From: Macrostomum hystrix
Lineage: Eukaryota; Animalia; Platyhelminthes
Direction: 5' to 3'
NCBI GenBank assembly: GCA_950097015.1
Contig: CATNEN010000003.1
Location: 14,942,001 to 15,006,000, forward strand
DNA: 64,000 nt
Under the pieces are notes generated by a model, which worked only from the letters and a program-made list of their open reading frames with translations, was not told the DNA's origin and did not search any database. The stretch's first letter is position 1, and the number at the start of each line of letters is the position of its first letter. This document shows positions 50,801 through 63,894 of the stretch, piece by piece. Position numbers and translations under genes: made by a program.

Positions 50801-52602
50801 CGATGATCTGGGACTCGGCGATCGACGAGGCCCGGCGCCGGCGCGCCAATTCGTGTCGGCGTCGACACGCGACGGACTGCCAGCCTGACGAACCCAACCA
50901 GAGCGTCGATCGCCACCAGCCATGCCACCCCCGCGACCACCGACGCCGCCGCCTCCACCGCGCATCGGCTGCGGCACTCCCTGCGGCTTGTTGCCTGATC
51001 TCCAGGGACCTTGCGGACTAGGCGTTCTGCGCCGCTCCCTCATGCCGCCACCGTCGCGATGATCGCGGCCGCCAACACCGCCGCCGCGAGAGGCGAAGCC
51101 ATTGTTGCTAGGCGGCGATGAAGGCGGCGGCGGACGAACGCTCTTGCGCCAATTATTGTCCGTCTCGGAGGCCATCTCGCCAGGAGGTCCGCGGCTGCCA
51201 CCGGCAGCTCCGTCGCGGCCGCCACCGCGGCCAGGCCTACCCGTCTGGCCAGACTGACTCGACTGATTGTCAACAAAATCAACTTTGATTTTCCTATTGC
51301 CAAGCACTTTTTCAGACAGTTGTAGCGCCTTGATCATATCGTCTGCGCTGCCGAAAGTCACATAGCCGAAGCCGCGCAGATTGTTGCGATCATTGCGCAG
51401 AAGGTCAATCTTGGATAGCGAAATCAAAGTGGCTGTGAGCTAAGAGCTTAAAAAAAGTTTAACCTATTTAACACATGACTAAACAGTTGATAAGAATCCT
51501 AGAAAAACTAAATTTAATAGATTGTCTATCTGAAATCGAGAAATTTTTCATCTGAAATCCCAGAACTGTCAATCTGAAATCCCAGAACTGTCAATCTGAA
51601 ATCAAGAACTGTCAATCTGAAATCCCAGAGCTGTCAATCTGATACCTCAGAACTGTCAATCTGATACCTCAGAACTGTCAATCTGATACCTCAGAACTGT
51701 CAATCTAAAATCTCAGAACTGTCAATCTAAAATCTCAGAACTGTCAATCTAAAATCTCAAAACTGTCAATCTAAAATCTCAGAACTTTCAATCTAAAATC
51801 TCAGAACTGTCAATCTAAAATCTCAGAACTGTCAATCTAAAATCTCAGAACTGTCAATCTAAAATCTCAGAACTGTCAATCTAAAATCTCAGAACTGTCA
51901 ATCTAAAATCTCAAAACTGTCAATCTAAAATTTCAGAACTTTCAATCTAAAATCTCAGAACTGTCAATCTAAAATCTCAGAACTGTCAATCTGATACCTC
52001 AGAACTGTCAATCTGATACCTCAGAACTGTCAATCTAAAATCTCAGAACTGTCAATCTGAAATCTCATAACTGTCAATCTGAAACCTCAGAGCTGTCAAT
52101 CTGATACCTCAGAACTGTCAATCTGAAATCCAAGAACTTTCAGCCTCAAAGAGTTTCAGAAGTAGCAAATTCAAAATCCAAAGCTAATTATCCTACAGAC
52201 GCTCACCTCTTGAACAGTTATATCCTTGAAGAATTTAGTTATCTGTTCGTCCGTAGTATCGAATGGCAAATTGCCAATGAAAACCTTGAATGGTGGAACT
52301 TTTGGCACTTTGCTTAAATCCAAATCCGGCTTACTAGCCGCCATAGGAGCTGCCGGGAGCATCTTACGCATAGTAACCAGTTCGTTTAGGCCAACATGGC
52401 CGGGATCTTCTTCGTCCATCACTTCGCCCCAGTCGGCGGCGTGTCTCGACGGCGGCTGCTGGTCTAGCTTGCCGCTAATGCCGCCACTGTCGCCAATGAA
52501 ATCGGCCAAATGCATCTTAGTGCCCTTGGTTTTCTGCTTTTTGTTCTTCTTGCCTCCGCCACCGCCGGAAGGCTTAACAGTGTCTGTAGTTGAGTCCGCC
52601 AT
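47880..52602 (-). CDS. EIF4B: eIF4B-like RRM protein, ~826 aa; exons 52602-52207, 51409-49568, 48122-47880
   Basis: KKNKK..GTKMHLADF, LPAAP, PPFKVFIGNLPFD (RNP2), RGFGYVTF (RNP1), DNNWR, KKLQLLPR, SIFGAAKPVDTA. Confidence 0.88.
48400..49372. repeat. 31 bp minisatellite GGGATTGACATGATGAGGGATTAATTTATCA in eIF4B intron 2
   Basis: Period of 31 read directly. Confidence 0.97.
51520..52140. repeat. 22 bp minisatellite CAGAACTGTCAATCTAAAATCT in eIF4B intron 1
   Basis: Period of 22 read directly. Confidence 0.97.
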
Positions 52603-54013
52603 TTAGCTAGGCTGTGTTTTTTACCAGGTTGAAAACAGTTTTCTGGAAAAAAAATATGAAAGTTAAAGTTTTAATTCAATCTTTTGCAGAGATACTCATG
52701 TTGTAACAAATGTTACTTTTGTTGGTAGTTACAGCAAGCCTTTAATCTGGGTCTTGTAGAAACAATCACTAAGTGAAAACTGCAGTTGTAACTAAGTAAG
52801 GCTGACTAAATTGGTACAAATGGCTTACAGAACATTGTGCTGCTTGAGCAAATTGTGTGAAGCAGCTATAGGATGCATTGGTTAAGTGGTCCAGAAGAAG
52901 CTTGAATGCCTTTAAATGCCACAGAGCAAAAGGCAGTTTGAGAACTGAATATGCATGCAGATTACAGACTGTATAGTTAAGGACAGCCATCTTTGATCTT
53001 GAGCTACCCAATAAATAAGCTCTGGTCCAACATTATCAACACCCGCATCAGGCTTTTAGTTTGTAGATCTTGTCAAACAACAGATAGAAATATGTTATGT
53101 GCACATAGATATAATAAGACTCAAGCTAGGTCATGGAATACATTATAGGTAGGGACTTTGGTGAGAAAATTGAAGATTCAAAAAATTTTTTCTTTATTTG
53201 TTAATTTGAAAGAGCTGAGTTGTATTTGTAAAATGACACCTTGGTTTTGAAAATCGGTCAAAAAAGTTATTCAAAATTTAGTAAAATAAAAATTCTTTGC
53301 CTTATAATGTATTTTTGCTATTTGAGAGTGTGACACTTTTTATGGATGATTTAATGTTTTTTAGAAGGTTTTATATATAACTTTTTTTTATTTTTCAATG
53401 GATTTTAATGAGTGATAACTCATTTTTTGCACTTTTTCTATAGCTATAGTTTATATATATTTTTTAAATACATGCCAATGGTTATTTCTATATGATATAT
53501 TAAACTAAAGCATCATTTTGGAATTTTTCATGGTCAGAAACCAATAAAATGATATTTTCATGATATTATTCATAACTATTATACTTTTATTGAGTAGAAA
53601 TAATAAACTTTATGTTATTAATGTTCTTAGTTATTTCAGAGCTTGGCTTTGCCAAGTGAGAGGTGCCATCTGCATGGAGTTGGGATGTGCTGTCTAAAAT
53701 GTTTGTTGTGCATTTCATCAGCAAATACAATTATTTGCAAAGTATTTGAATACAACTTGTACATGGATTATTTCAGTAGAGACTTGAATATTCTGGAGAT
53801 TGATGACACCTAAATGATAAACAATGAATTATTAAATGAGAGAGACTTTTGCTGTGTTGTTAATGTGATTTTATTAAATACTTGATAGTTTAACTTTTAA
53901 GTTTGATAGCATTGATAACTGAAAATTGAATTTATTAAAAATATACACTGATGACCAGTTATTTTTGTCTTCCTTACCCTAAAGAACACTTGCCACACCT
54001 AATTGGTGGGATA

Positions 54014-54294
54014 CATACATGCGCAACCTGCCAAATCTTAGCTGGCCGTGCAACTTAGTTTTTGCTCTCATTTGCGACTTAGTTCATTTCATTGCTCTAT
54101 TTACGACTTAGTTTGCTCTCATTTGCTCTCTTTTTCTCTCCCCTTTTTCCTTTTCTTCACGCCTTCCTTTTTTGTCCCTTGGTCCCCCCTTAGATTTTTT
54201 TGCGCTTGGTCGATTGGTTTTTGCGACTTACCTTGCTTGGCCCTCGTTTCACCTGGCCGGTTCGGCCGGGTCGGCCGGGTGTTGCGCATGTATG
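54014..54294. mobile_element. MITE (hAT- or P-type), 281 bp
   Basis: Perfect 14-bp TIR CATACATGCGCAAC / GTTGCGCATGTATG; 8-bp TSD GTGGGATA (54006-54013, 54295-54302). Confidence 0.85.
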
Positions 54295-55539
54295 GTGGGA
54301 TATCTGACTTAATGATTTATACTGTACATGTATTTAATCAGCTTACAGTATACTCATTGAGCCAAATTGTTGCAAGAGTCAATAATCTTTCCAAAATTAG
54401 TCAAGAATACACTTTGCATGCAATTGCATAGACTGTTTCTGCTGCTTAGACTTCTATCCAATAAAAAACACATAATCTCAAAATTTTTTGTTTTGTGGGT
54501 ATGCCAATTAAGAGCTTAGTGTGTAAAAGCACACCAATTAATTGCTTAGCATTCTTTTGCATCTTGTTCTCCATAAATTTCTGTGTTAATATTCCTCTGC
54601 TATGTCTGTGTAGTCAACGTGCAACATGCTTGCATTAAAAAAAATTGAATGCAAAAGATATAAATATATATTGCAAGATACAGTTCATTATTCCTATAAA
54701 CCATATACAGTTGTTATTTTTGTGCAAAAATTAGCAGTTTCTTTGAAAATTGTAAACTAGTTGACATGTAAAAATTTTTTTTGTCATTGACACTAACTTT
54801 CTTAAAAAATATCAATCTTTTGACTACAATAACTTCGAAATTCTTATTAAATATTGCCAAATCTTATCTTAAATAAAAGATTTGTTTGCTTCTTTAAAAT
54901 AGGTATTCATTTGTGCACTTCATTTTGTGCTTTAAGCTAGTTCTATTAAGTTAAAGCTAGGGTCATTTTTATGCTTTTTCGTATTTTTTACTGCACAATA
55001 GTTTTTAAGACAACTGACAAACTGACAAAGCTATACAATAACAAATAAGCAAGCAACAATGATGGTGATTTAAATTATAAATAAGTTGTATGTCACATAC
55101 AGTACAGGATAGATACTTAGATAGTAGATAAAATATATGGAGCTCTACAAGAACACATGTGATAAGTGCTGAGTCTAAAAAGCTTTATTTTACATAAAAT
55201 GATGCTAAAAAACATAGGCAAAAAAGCATACACTAGTCTAGCAATCACATGCAAGAATATGTTTTATACACATTTTTATATCTGAATCCAACATTCATTA
55301 CGTTCATTTTAATTATTCGTGTTTATACGGAAAACGTGATTTTCTTCGAAAATACTATAGTTTTTAAATAACTTTGTTCAAAACAATAAAATCTCTGAAA
55401 AAGTAAAGCAAAAAATAATTTGCAAACACTACGCAGTGCAAGCTCTATTTAGGAATGAGTGCTGTTTAGATTATTTAAATATTAATAACATTTTCAAAAA
55501 GGCTGTGATCAATAATGGCACACTTTTTAGTGACACTTG

Positions 55540-57430
55540 ATCTTGAGCGAGGAGGCATTTCGCGCTTCTCTAGGTACATGAGGCGCCCAGTTACTGTACG
55601 CAGTTGTTGCACTATCACTCATTTGTGTATATCTGCGCTGACTTACTCTGTAAGCTTAGACCTCCTAAGCCTAAGATCGTGGAAGCCTGCCTAGCCGGCA
55701 TCCAATTGTGCATGTCGACGAGCAGCAGGACCTAAAAGCAACGAGCAGCTCAAGAGCATGCTCGGGACATCGATAAGGGCTCAGGAATCTGACGCTGGCA
55801 GTGGCGCCCGTCAGCATTGTAATTTGGTTCGAAGCGCAGGAGGGGCTGTCTTCGTGCAAGTTCGTCAGCTAGAGACCGACATGCCAGTGTGAAGAAGCTG
55901 ACTCCTGCACGAACACATCAGAAACTTCGATTGGAGCAGGCCAGAAGACTGAGATGCCGCACTCACTAAGTCCAAGAGTCCGCGAACCCGATGCCATTGC
56001 GTTTGGTTGACCGACGCCTGCTCTACTCAGTTCATGGACCAACTTCTGCAGGCTTCTGAGGATGCCATGCTGGCTCGGATCTTTCCAAGGTCGTCTGGGC
56101 TAAAATACTCGTAATATCTAGCTGTCGCAAATAAGCTAAGGGTTTCACGGCGATTTACAGCTTATCTGAAGCCAGATCCAATCGGATCCCACATAAAAAT
56201 TAAACAGTCTAAGCGCGTGCGAACCATCCTGGCTTGCACTGTCGACGGTATAAACCCTGTGGAGAAGAAACTCTGGCTCTGGGGCTAAGCGGCTCGAGGA
56301 ATATGTTCAAATTGACACCCGGATATTTGCCGAATCCGGTCTTTGCGATTGCCGACCAGCAAAATGAATTTGGCAGCAAATCCGCAAATCGGCCTCAGTC
56401 CTACGCGCACTCAATGAGGCCCAGGCGCTCAGAGATCAGCGTACTCTTACTGCAAAAGCGCAAACTCGACTCCACAGCCGCAGGTTGCAAGGACAGACAG
56501 AGTGGCGGCTACACTAATTATTTCTACCGAGAATCCTCACTAGAAGTAGTCAAGCTGGCAGTGGATTTCCGTGGAACTGAAAAATATGTTTTCACGCCCT
56601 CATCTAGCCTTGACAAAGTCGAGGCGTTCGAGAGGGCCCTTTGCATGCGTCATTTGCATTCGCATTTTAGAAGGTGGAATTAATTATTATGTAAAAGTGT
56701 TCACCAAAGCTCGACCACAGGCTCAGCTGCGGGGCTCCCCAATGTCCATGCTAAAGCAAAAATGATCGATAAGCGCCCACCACCATTCAATTATTTTCAG
56801 TGAAATTTCTTGCAGTTCCTGTGTTTCTCAGGTCGACTGCTCGCCAAGGCCGTTGTGTTCGAGGCCGGTTTGTTTGCCTCGGCCATAGCCACGCCCTTTC
56901 TCTCCCTCCTCCCCCGGCCATGCTCAGGGTGCTCCGTGCCACCATCTGATTGGCTGGGCGCGGGCATTGTCTGTCAAACCTAATTACCCCAGCCCTGCGT
57001 GGCTAATTGCCCCTCCCGCCAATCAGCTCTGTTCGTCCACCCGGCCAGCGCGTACAACCCTACCCCTCCCTGCGCGCTAGTGGCTTGACTCTGTTTGTGC
57101 ACCGCCTCCCTGTCTGCCTCCTCCATTGCTGCCCTATTTGTTTGTCAATATCTGCCTGTATAACCGCGCTCGCTCCGGCGAACTTTAAGATTCCATCAGT
57201 AAAGACGAGAACTGAGAAGTCTCAAGTTATTGCAAATAAATGAAATCGAAGTCATCCTGTCATCCTGCGTTCCGAGCGGTAAGCGCTGCATTCGTGTCTT
57301 TTCTTTCGGAGTGTCAGGCCTGTACGGAGTACTGTATCTTACTTAGAAGTATTGTGTGATTATAGTGATTATTCGTAATTATACTTAATAGTACTGTAGG
57401 CCGGGGATCCCAAACCGACCACCGTCAATA
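55540..57430 (+). mobile_element. Decayed gypsy-like integrase followed by an LTR-like segment
   Basis: Fragments FG*P / LLYSVHGPT (~56000-56045), TAY (~56160) and RGPF..L..INYYVK (GPF module, ~56630-56700). These are followed by a CCAAT-rich block, TATAA (57159) and AATAAA (57235). Boundaries approximate. Confidence 0.5.
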
Positions 57431-59324
57431 GATTATCTTAGTTTAAGTACAAAGACCATGAATAATAATTTTTACATAATTACGAGTCTAAAAGACGCAC
57501 CAGAACATAGTATAAAAGATTCACATTATATTATATTTTAATTATAAAGCTTTAAGCTATATATTTGATCAAATATTACTGCATGTACAGATGATTTCTA
57601 TATATTTCAATATCAAAAGATTACAATACTTTATTGATTTATTAAGATGAAGAATTCACGATTGTACTTGTTCTTTATACTCGCGTCTTTCAAATCATAA
57701 AGTTTACATTGTTCCCTTCACACTTTTTTATTATTATATTGCTACTAAAAATGATAAGCAGTAAGCACACTAATTTCCTAAAATATAGTACAGTAAATAT
57801 GAGATGCAAAACCGATAAAAAACTGTTGGCCTTTATTTTTACAATTGAGTTTATTTGTTATCGCATTTCAACAGGATAGTATAGATAAAACTATACCAAA
57901 AGTTTGCCAACACAAGACATGAGCTGCGAAAGCCTGCAATACTATACGCGAAAATTTATTAATGAAGCAGTGTGCCCTATCTACACAGCAACAAGCTAAT
58001 AGGGCAAGAGAAAGTTCCTTTAGATTATTGTAAAAAAACAGTAAAAAGCTGCTTTGAAAAATAAATTTTAACAATACAAATATTTCCCCCTATTTTTACT
58101 ACTAATAGTACTATAATATTTAACTTTATTCAACTTTAACTGTTATATAACTCTAACTATATATATACTATTATATATTAATAATATGCAAAGTAATACT
58201 ACTATACATACATGTTTTAGTCATACCTTAAAGACTGCTGATATTAAAACGTAAAATAATAGTGTTTTCGTTAAGATCTAATATCAATGGGTGTACTCGA
58301 AACCGAGTTACTTTTACATTTCGAATACCTTGGTATCCGTTTTTCTGTGAACTTACAAATTAAGACTTTATTATTGATAAAACTGTGAATTACTAACAAG
58401 AGATATATTTTCCCACAGGCATTGTACGGAAGTTAAGATTATAATGCATGTTGCATGCTTTCAACTTAATTATGTGAGGTTAAAACTAGCACCTAAAAGT
58501 GTATATCTTTTCGAATGAACACATTTTACTGAAGAAAAAAATAGTTTGAAAAGTTAAATAAAAAATAGGAGACTCGCTAAGTGATCAAAACGAGAACAGA
58601 GTAAAACATTGTGAAACTTGTGGATTTAGTTTGCAATGTCATATTTGGACCACGCCGAAGTAGGAAAGAAATATGAGGAAAAAATAACTCTGTTAAACTT
58701 TTTTTTCATTCCGGAAAATGTATCGTCAGGTTATAGCAAATGCGCAAATACTGTTATCAGTTGCAGCGTCAAAAGTGTTTTTCGTTCGTTAATTCTAATT
58801 TTAAAATATATAGTAATTGATATTGTAATTACCTGTCTGAAAAGTTATGTAATTACGACTGTACGTAGTTGCATGGAATTGCGACATCAATTAAATCTAA
58901 AAAAGCGGAAATATTTGACAACGAAAAATTCGAAGCATGCATCCTTTATCGTAAAAATCTATGGTAGAAAAAATGTTAGTATAAGTAGAACAACAGATTC
59001 GGGTTAATTTTTTTTGTTTTATTAGAAAGTGCATATGTACAGATTATAACATTGAATGTAAAAATACTTATCGATTTTAGCAGTCAGATCGGATTTGGAT
59101 TCAAAGATACAAGAAAAACATAGACAAATTACTCTTTTCTATCTGTAGGCTTGATTACGAAGTCGACAATCATCGTCTAGAAAATGTTGATTGCCAAAAT
59201 TCTGCAAAGAAAAAGGTTTGGGAAAGTTAAAATTAGGTACTAATAATGTACTATGTCACGAGTAAGTAATTAAGTACTGTAAGTAGCTAATATTTAAATA
59301 AAAATTTAAATTAATATGTAAATA

Positions 59325-59800
59325 ATAAACGCCGTTTAATTCACTTTCTGTGTTAGAATGTCCGAGGCTGCGTTTAATGGTCTCGAGGCGAGCGTAGCGA
59401 GCCTAGGACCATTGCATGCAGCCGAGGATATTCTAACCATAGACTATGATAAATTCAACGGCGTTTATCATATATTAAATTCGATTGCTTATTTTCGGGG
59501 GCATCCCATCTGATTGATAGTCATATAGGTTTAGACCATTTGATTCCGACCATAGACAAAAAAATAAATTTCTTACGAAGATACAGTCACCGAAGCAGCC
59601 AGTCAGTCAGTGGTGGCAAAACGTGAAAGCCGAATTCAAAGTTCACTTCAATGTTCCATATAATGCTCCTTATTTCGAGGAGATTATATGATATAATATC
59701 CTAGTTTTTGTCAAATAATCTCACCAAAAATTACCATAGACAACACATTCCCGGCTTAGAATAGTACAATTTTTTACGATTAAATAAGCAATCGTATTTT
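59325..59800. mobile_element. Non-autonomous Crypton-like element: 144-nt hairpin (59325-59468) plus inverted repeat 59477-59494 / 59782-59799
   Basis: Hairpin pairing read directly; homologous pieces at 44600-44660 and 29115-29145. Confidence 0.6.
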
Positions 59801-60118
59801 ATGTAAGTAATAATATCAGTAAAACAAATTAGTTAGTTAAATTTTGTAATAATGATCGTTAGTATGGAGTTTATCAGATGCAAGTTATAAATTCATTGCT
59901 TTAATATATGCCAGGAAAGAAATAAATGCTGTATGAATGAAATAATATATAAAAACTGTATATATTACCGTTGATTATAGTAACAGTAGCACTGCAGGTT
60001 TGGTTGAAAACTGATATAACAACATTTTAGGCACACCAGAACTTCAGAGATTAATCGTGTTAATGGAATAAAAAGTTAGCTTTCTTTCAAAGCAATCGAC
60101 TAGCAAATCTTGAATCTT

Positions 60119-63100
60119 TTAACACAGGTGCAAATGCTGTTGACCTTTTCTTGGCTTCGGGTTGTACACGCCGGTCTTGGATGATTGATGAACTGCGATA
60201 AATTCAACAGAATAGCTTCTATTGTATCAAGTATTTTTTTACTATTAGGTGTCATTTTCATTTTACAGATAGTTAGCGTGGCAGAGAATTTAGATTCTCC
60301 ATCTCATAGCACTCCCCTAATTGGCTGCATTTGATCTTAGAGAAATGAAAATATAATCTTAAAAATATATTCTCTCTCCCCTAGCCCTCCCCTAATTGGG
60401 TGGCACAGGACAGAGAGGAAGCCTGTGTGAATATTAGTTTCTCTTAAGTTTGATTCTCTATCCTATCAGCCTCTCGCTTATTGGTTGGCTTAACCGTTGG
60501 ATTCCCTTTACTTTTAGTTCCCCCCTGCGTTGATTGGGTGGCAGGGTAGGTAAAGTAGGTAAGGGGGGTAGTTGATAGGAAATATGTTTACTTTCTGCCC
60601 CGGCTCCGCGCACTTCCGGCAGTGAAATATTCGCTGCGTCTCCAAGTCCTCGCGACATAAGCAGGCTGCCTTTGCCGGCACCGCCTGATGTTGTTGCCGC
60701 CGCAGCCGCAGCCGCCGCTGGCCCAGTCGATGCTGAACTATCCGATTGAAATTTCTTCTTCGAAGCAGCGGCTTGCGTTGCTCCGCCGTAGGCGTAGCCG
60801 TAGATGCCAGTGGATGATCCGACACTTGGGCCGGTTAATTTCTCCGGAGAATAGGTTCCCTGCATTGGATTGCCGGTTGAGCCAGCCTTCTTGTAGAAAC
60901 CAGTGGCAGCTGCTTTCTTGGCTTTGGCTTCGTTTGCTCTGGAAGATAGTAATTGAATTAAAAAAGTCAGGTTTTTTATAGTAGTAAAAATGTAAATGTG
61001 GTGAGTGAGCCTCCCTTGCCTTCTGTCGCGTGGTCCTAGCACCCTAGCACCTGTGTTGGAGTTCTTCATCGTGGTGTGTACCTCCCCACCTCCTCTAGGC
61101 CAGCCGTGGCCATCTCTCTTCGGATTGGCTGTCCATGCCCCCTCTATTTTTCTCTACCCTGCTCTTGTGCTGATTGGCTGAACGGCCTCTGTCTGGCCTT
61201 AAGCCCTTGACTTTCTACCCCTGCGTGACCCTGGTTGTGACTCCCTTATCCTTGCCCATCCAACTGCGTGGCTGAAGGTCTGTAAAATACATAGAGATGG
61301 AGCACGGAGCTTTAGAGCACGGAGTTGTGCTCTAAATCCCCGCCAACTCTGCGTCGTACGCGAGAAGGTGAAAAGGCGACCACAGCATCTGGGTTAGTAC
61401 ACGGGCCCGGATTGCCACACTCATGTCAGTAAGCTAAGAAACAGTTTTACTGATAGTCATGTACTTGAATCTTGCCCTCACCGCATTCCGGGTGGACCAG
61501 TATAACCGCCGCCTCCCAGGCCAGAGCCAGGTGAAAAAGCTGGCGCCACAGTGTTGACGTGCAAGGCTAAGCTGCCGCCGCTACCGACAGCAGACCATAC
61601 ACTCGAGTCTCCATCGTTTGGATAACTGCGGTTGGGAAATATTCTATGAGCTATGATCAATGGGCCTTCGACGAAGCTTATGAAAATAATATCATAGAAA
61701 CATTTCTCCTCATTAATTATATTTGAACGAGGTTATTAGACGCGAGGGTGGGAGCTCTCAGCGCTTTGAGAGTTGAGGGGTGAGAGGTTTGAGGGGTGAG
61801 TGGTTTGAGGGGTGAGAGGTTTGAGGGGTGAGAGGTTTGAGGGGTGAGAGGTTTGATGGGTGAGAGGATTGAGGGGTGAGATGTTTGAGGGGTGAGAGGT
61901 TTGAGGGGTGAGAGGATTGAGGGGTGAGATGTTTAAGGGGTGAGGGGTTTGGGGGGTTCAAAGGCGTTTGAAGGGAGAAAGGTTTGATTGAGGGTTGAGG
62001 GGCTTGAGGGTTTAGGCGCTTGAAGGGAGAGAGGTTTGAGGGCAGGCTGGAGGTTTCAGCGGTGGGGTTTTTTAGGGGTGAGGGATTCTAGTGGTGAGGC
62101 ATCTGGACCAATCGCTATCACTGGCACTGACCTGTGTGACGTCATATGCGAGTGCTGGCCAATAGGCGGCATGCTGCTGCTATTAGCGTTGCCGCTATTG
62201 CTAGTATTGTTAGTAGTAGACTGAGCGCCGGAATCTGTTAGATTTGACTGCTGATGACTGCTGCTTCCGTCAACAAGATCCTGATTCGAAAGCAGATCAA
62301 TTAGTGGTAAGGAAATTAAGTTTAAAGTACGCGTTTTTTCTTATAACATGTACACCAACCTATTGAAAATCAATCATGTGAAGAGAACTGAGAACAGAAG
62401 AGAAAAACTTGCCGTGAAAATCATGACTGCCAAAGTGGAATATAATCTAATGACAAAAAATTAACTCTGTGACATTACAAAACACGAGTTAACAAAAGAA
62501 AACCAATTTTAAACAGATTTAGTTCTCTAAAACACAACCTTTAAGAACTGTCCGTATTCTAAAACAACGACCTGAAATTTGTTTAACTATTTAATCTTAC
62601 AACAAAGAATTTACACTAACAATCGAGTAAGAAAATTCATCCCCGAAAAACTGTTGGATATAGTTTTCAATTAGCTCGTAATTGGTTGTGTGCTAATTAC
62701 CTCCGTGTGGCGATCGTTTGACGCATCGGCATTGGACTGTTCTGAAGTCACGCCTCGTTTTGAAGCCTCAACTGTTGCTTGATGCTGCTGCTGCTGCTGC
62801 TGCTGTGGTTGATTTGGTCGCTTTGACTTTGCAGCCGCTGCCGCCGCCGCTGCGGAACTGCTTCCTGCAGAAGCGCCACTGGGCGTTGACAATGCAGCGT
62901 CTGATTTGGCCAATTTGGCCTGCAGCTCAGCAGAGAAGCGTTCGGCGAAGTCATTCAGTTGGAAGAAGTCGTGCTGGAGAAGTTCGGAACAACCTGGTCT
63001 ATCGTCCGCTTCCATTTGTAGGCAGCTCTGTGGGATTTTTATAAAATGATAACGTGCTTAAGAAGGCCTGCTCCGAGAAGGCTCAAAGGGTTCTGAGGAT

Positions 63101-63800
63101 GTTCAAAGGGCTTCGGGTAGGTTCCAAGGGTTCCGAGAAGGTTCCAAGGGTTCTAAGGAGGTTCCAAGGGTTCCGAGGAGGTTCAAAGGGTTCCGAGAAG
63201 GTTCAAAGGGGTCCGAGGTTCCAAGGGTTCCGAAGGGGTTCCAAGGGTTCCGAGGAGGTTCATAGGGTTCCGAGGAGGTTCCAAGGGTTCCGAGAAGGTT
63301 CAAAGAGTTCCGAGAAGGTTCAAAGAGTTCCGAGAAGGTTCACAGGGTTCCGAGGAGGTTCCTAGGGTTCCGAGGAGGTTCCAAGGGTTCCGATGAGGTT
63401 CCAAGGGTTCCGAGGATGTTCCAAGGGTTCTGATGTGGTTCCAAGGATTCAGAGAAAGTTCAAAGGGTTCCGAGGAGGTTAATTAAAGTGTTCTGAGAAG
63501 GTTCAAAGGGTTCCGATGAGGTTCCTAGGAGGTTTCGTGACCGCTAGGGTTCCAATGCGGTACCGTATTGGAAAAACAAAGGGGCAGTTTGAGAGTTAAT
63601 GTTTGAGCTTTAAAAAACAGTGAAGTGGAATTACAGGTTATTTTTCCAATTCAGACTTACCCGCATCATATCAACTGCAACTTTGCCGCACCTGGGCAGT
63701 TTGCGGTCCAATGGCTCAAAGGACTTGGCCTCGGGCACTCGCATGCCAACGAATAAGGGATTCTGATGAAAAATATCCCTGTATCTAGGCGGCAGATTGC
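60119..63800 (-). CDS. CDKL2: CDKL2/3-like (KKIAMRE) kinase, 3' part; exons 63800-63661, 63027-62701, 62280-62132, 61625-61482, 60938-60592, 60192-60119 (last junction inferred); gene continues beyond the window
   Basis: GNLPPRYRDIFHQNPLFVGMRVPE..EPL..SCLQMEADDRPGCSELLQHDFF..FAERFSAELQ matches the CDKL2/3 kinase C-lobe; phases are consistent. Confidence 0.85.
60997..61419 (+). mobile_element. Possible old solo LTR in a CDKL intron
   Basis: TGTGG..CCACA ends and GATTGGCT boxes; no TSD seen. Confidence 0.35.
61770..61960. repeat. 16 bp G-rich minisatellite GAGGGGTGAGAGGTTT
   Basis: Direct reading. Confidence 0.92.
63065..63530. repeat. 20 bp minisatellite GGTTCCAAGGGTTCCGAGGA
   Basis: Direct reading. 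Confidence 0.95.
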
Positions 63801-63894
63801 CTGCAGGGAGTAATATTTTCGTGAAAAAATAACCAAACACTAAAGGTGAGCCAGCATAACACATTTCGCAGAAAAACTCTTTTAGCGATCCAGC

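Noticed and set aside
49699-51303. Antisense and alternate-frame ORFs over eIF4B exon 2
   Set aside because: Shadow ORFs of GC-rich coding sequence.
53140-53310. MITE-like segment (ACATTATAGG..CCTTATAATGT)
   Set aside because: Short imperfect IR in AT-rich DNA with no clear TSD.
58636-59007. 123-aa ORF, possibly a transposon relic
   Set aside because: AT-rich with only a vague motif resemblance; not supportable without a search.
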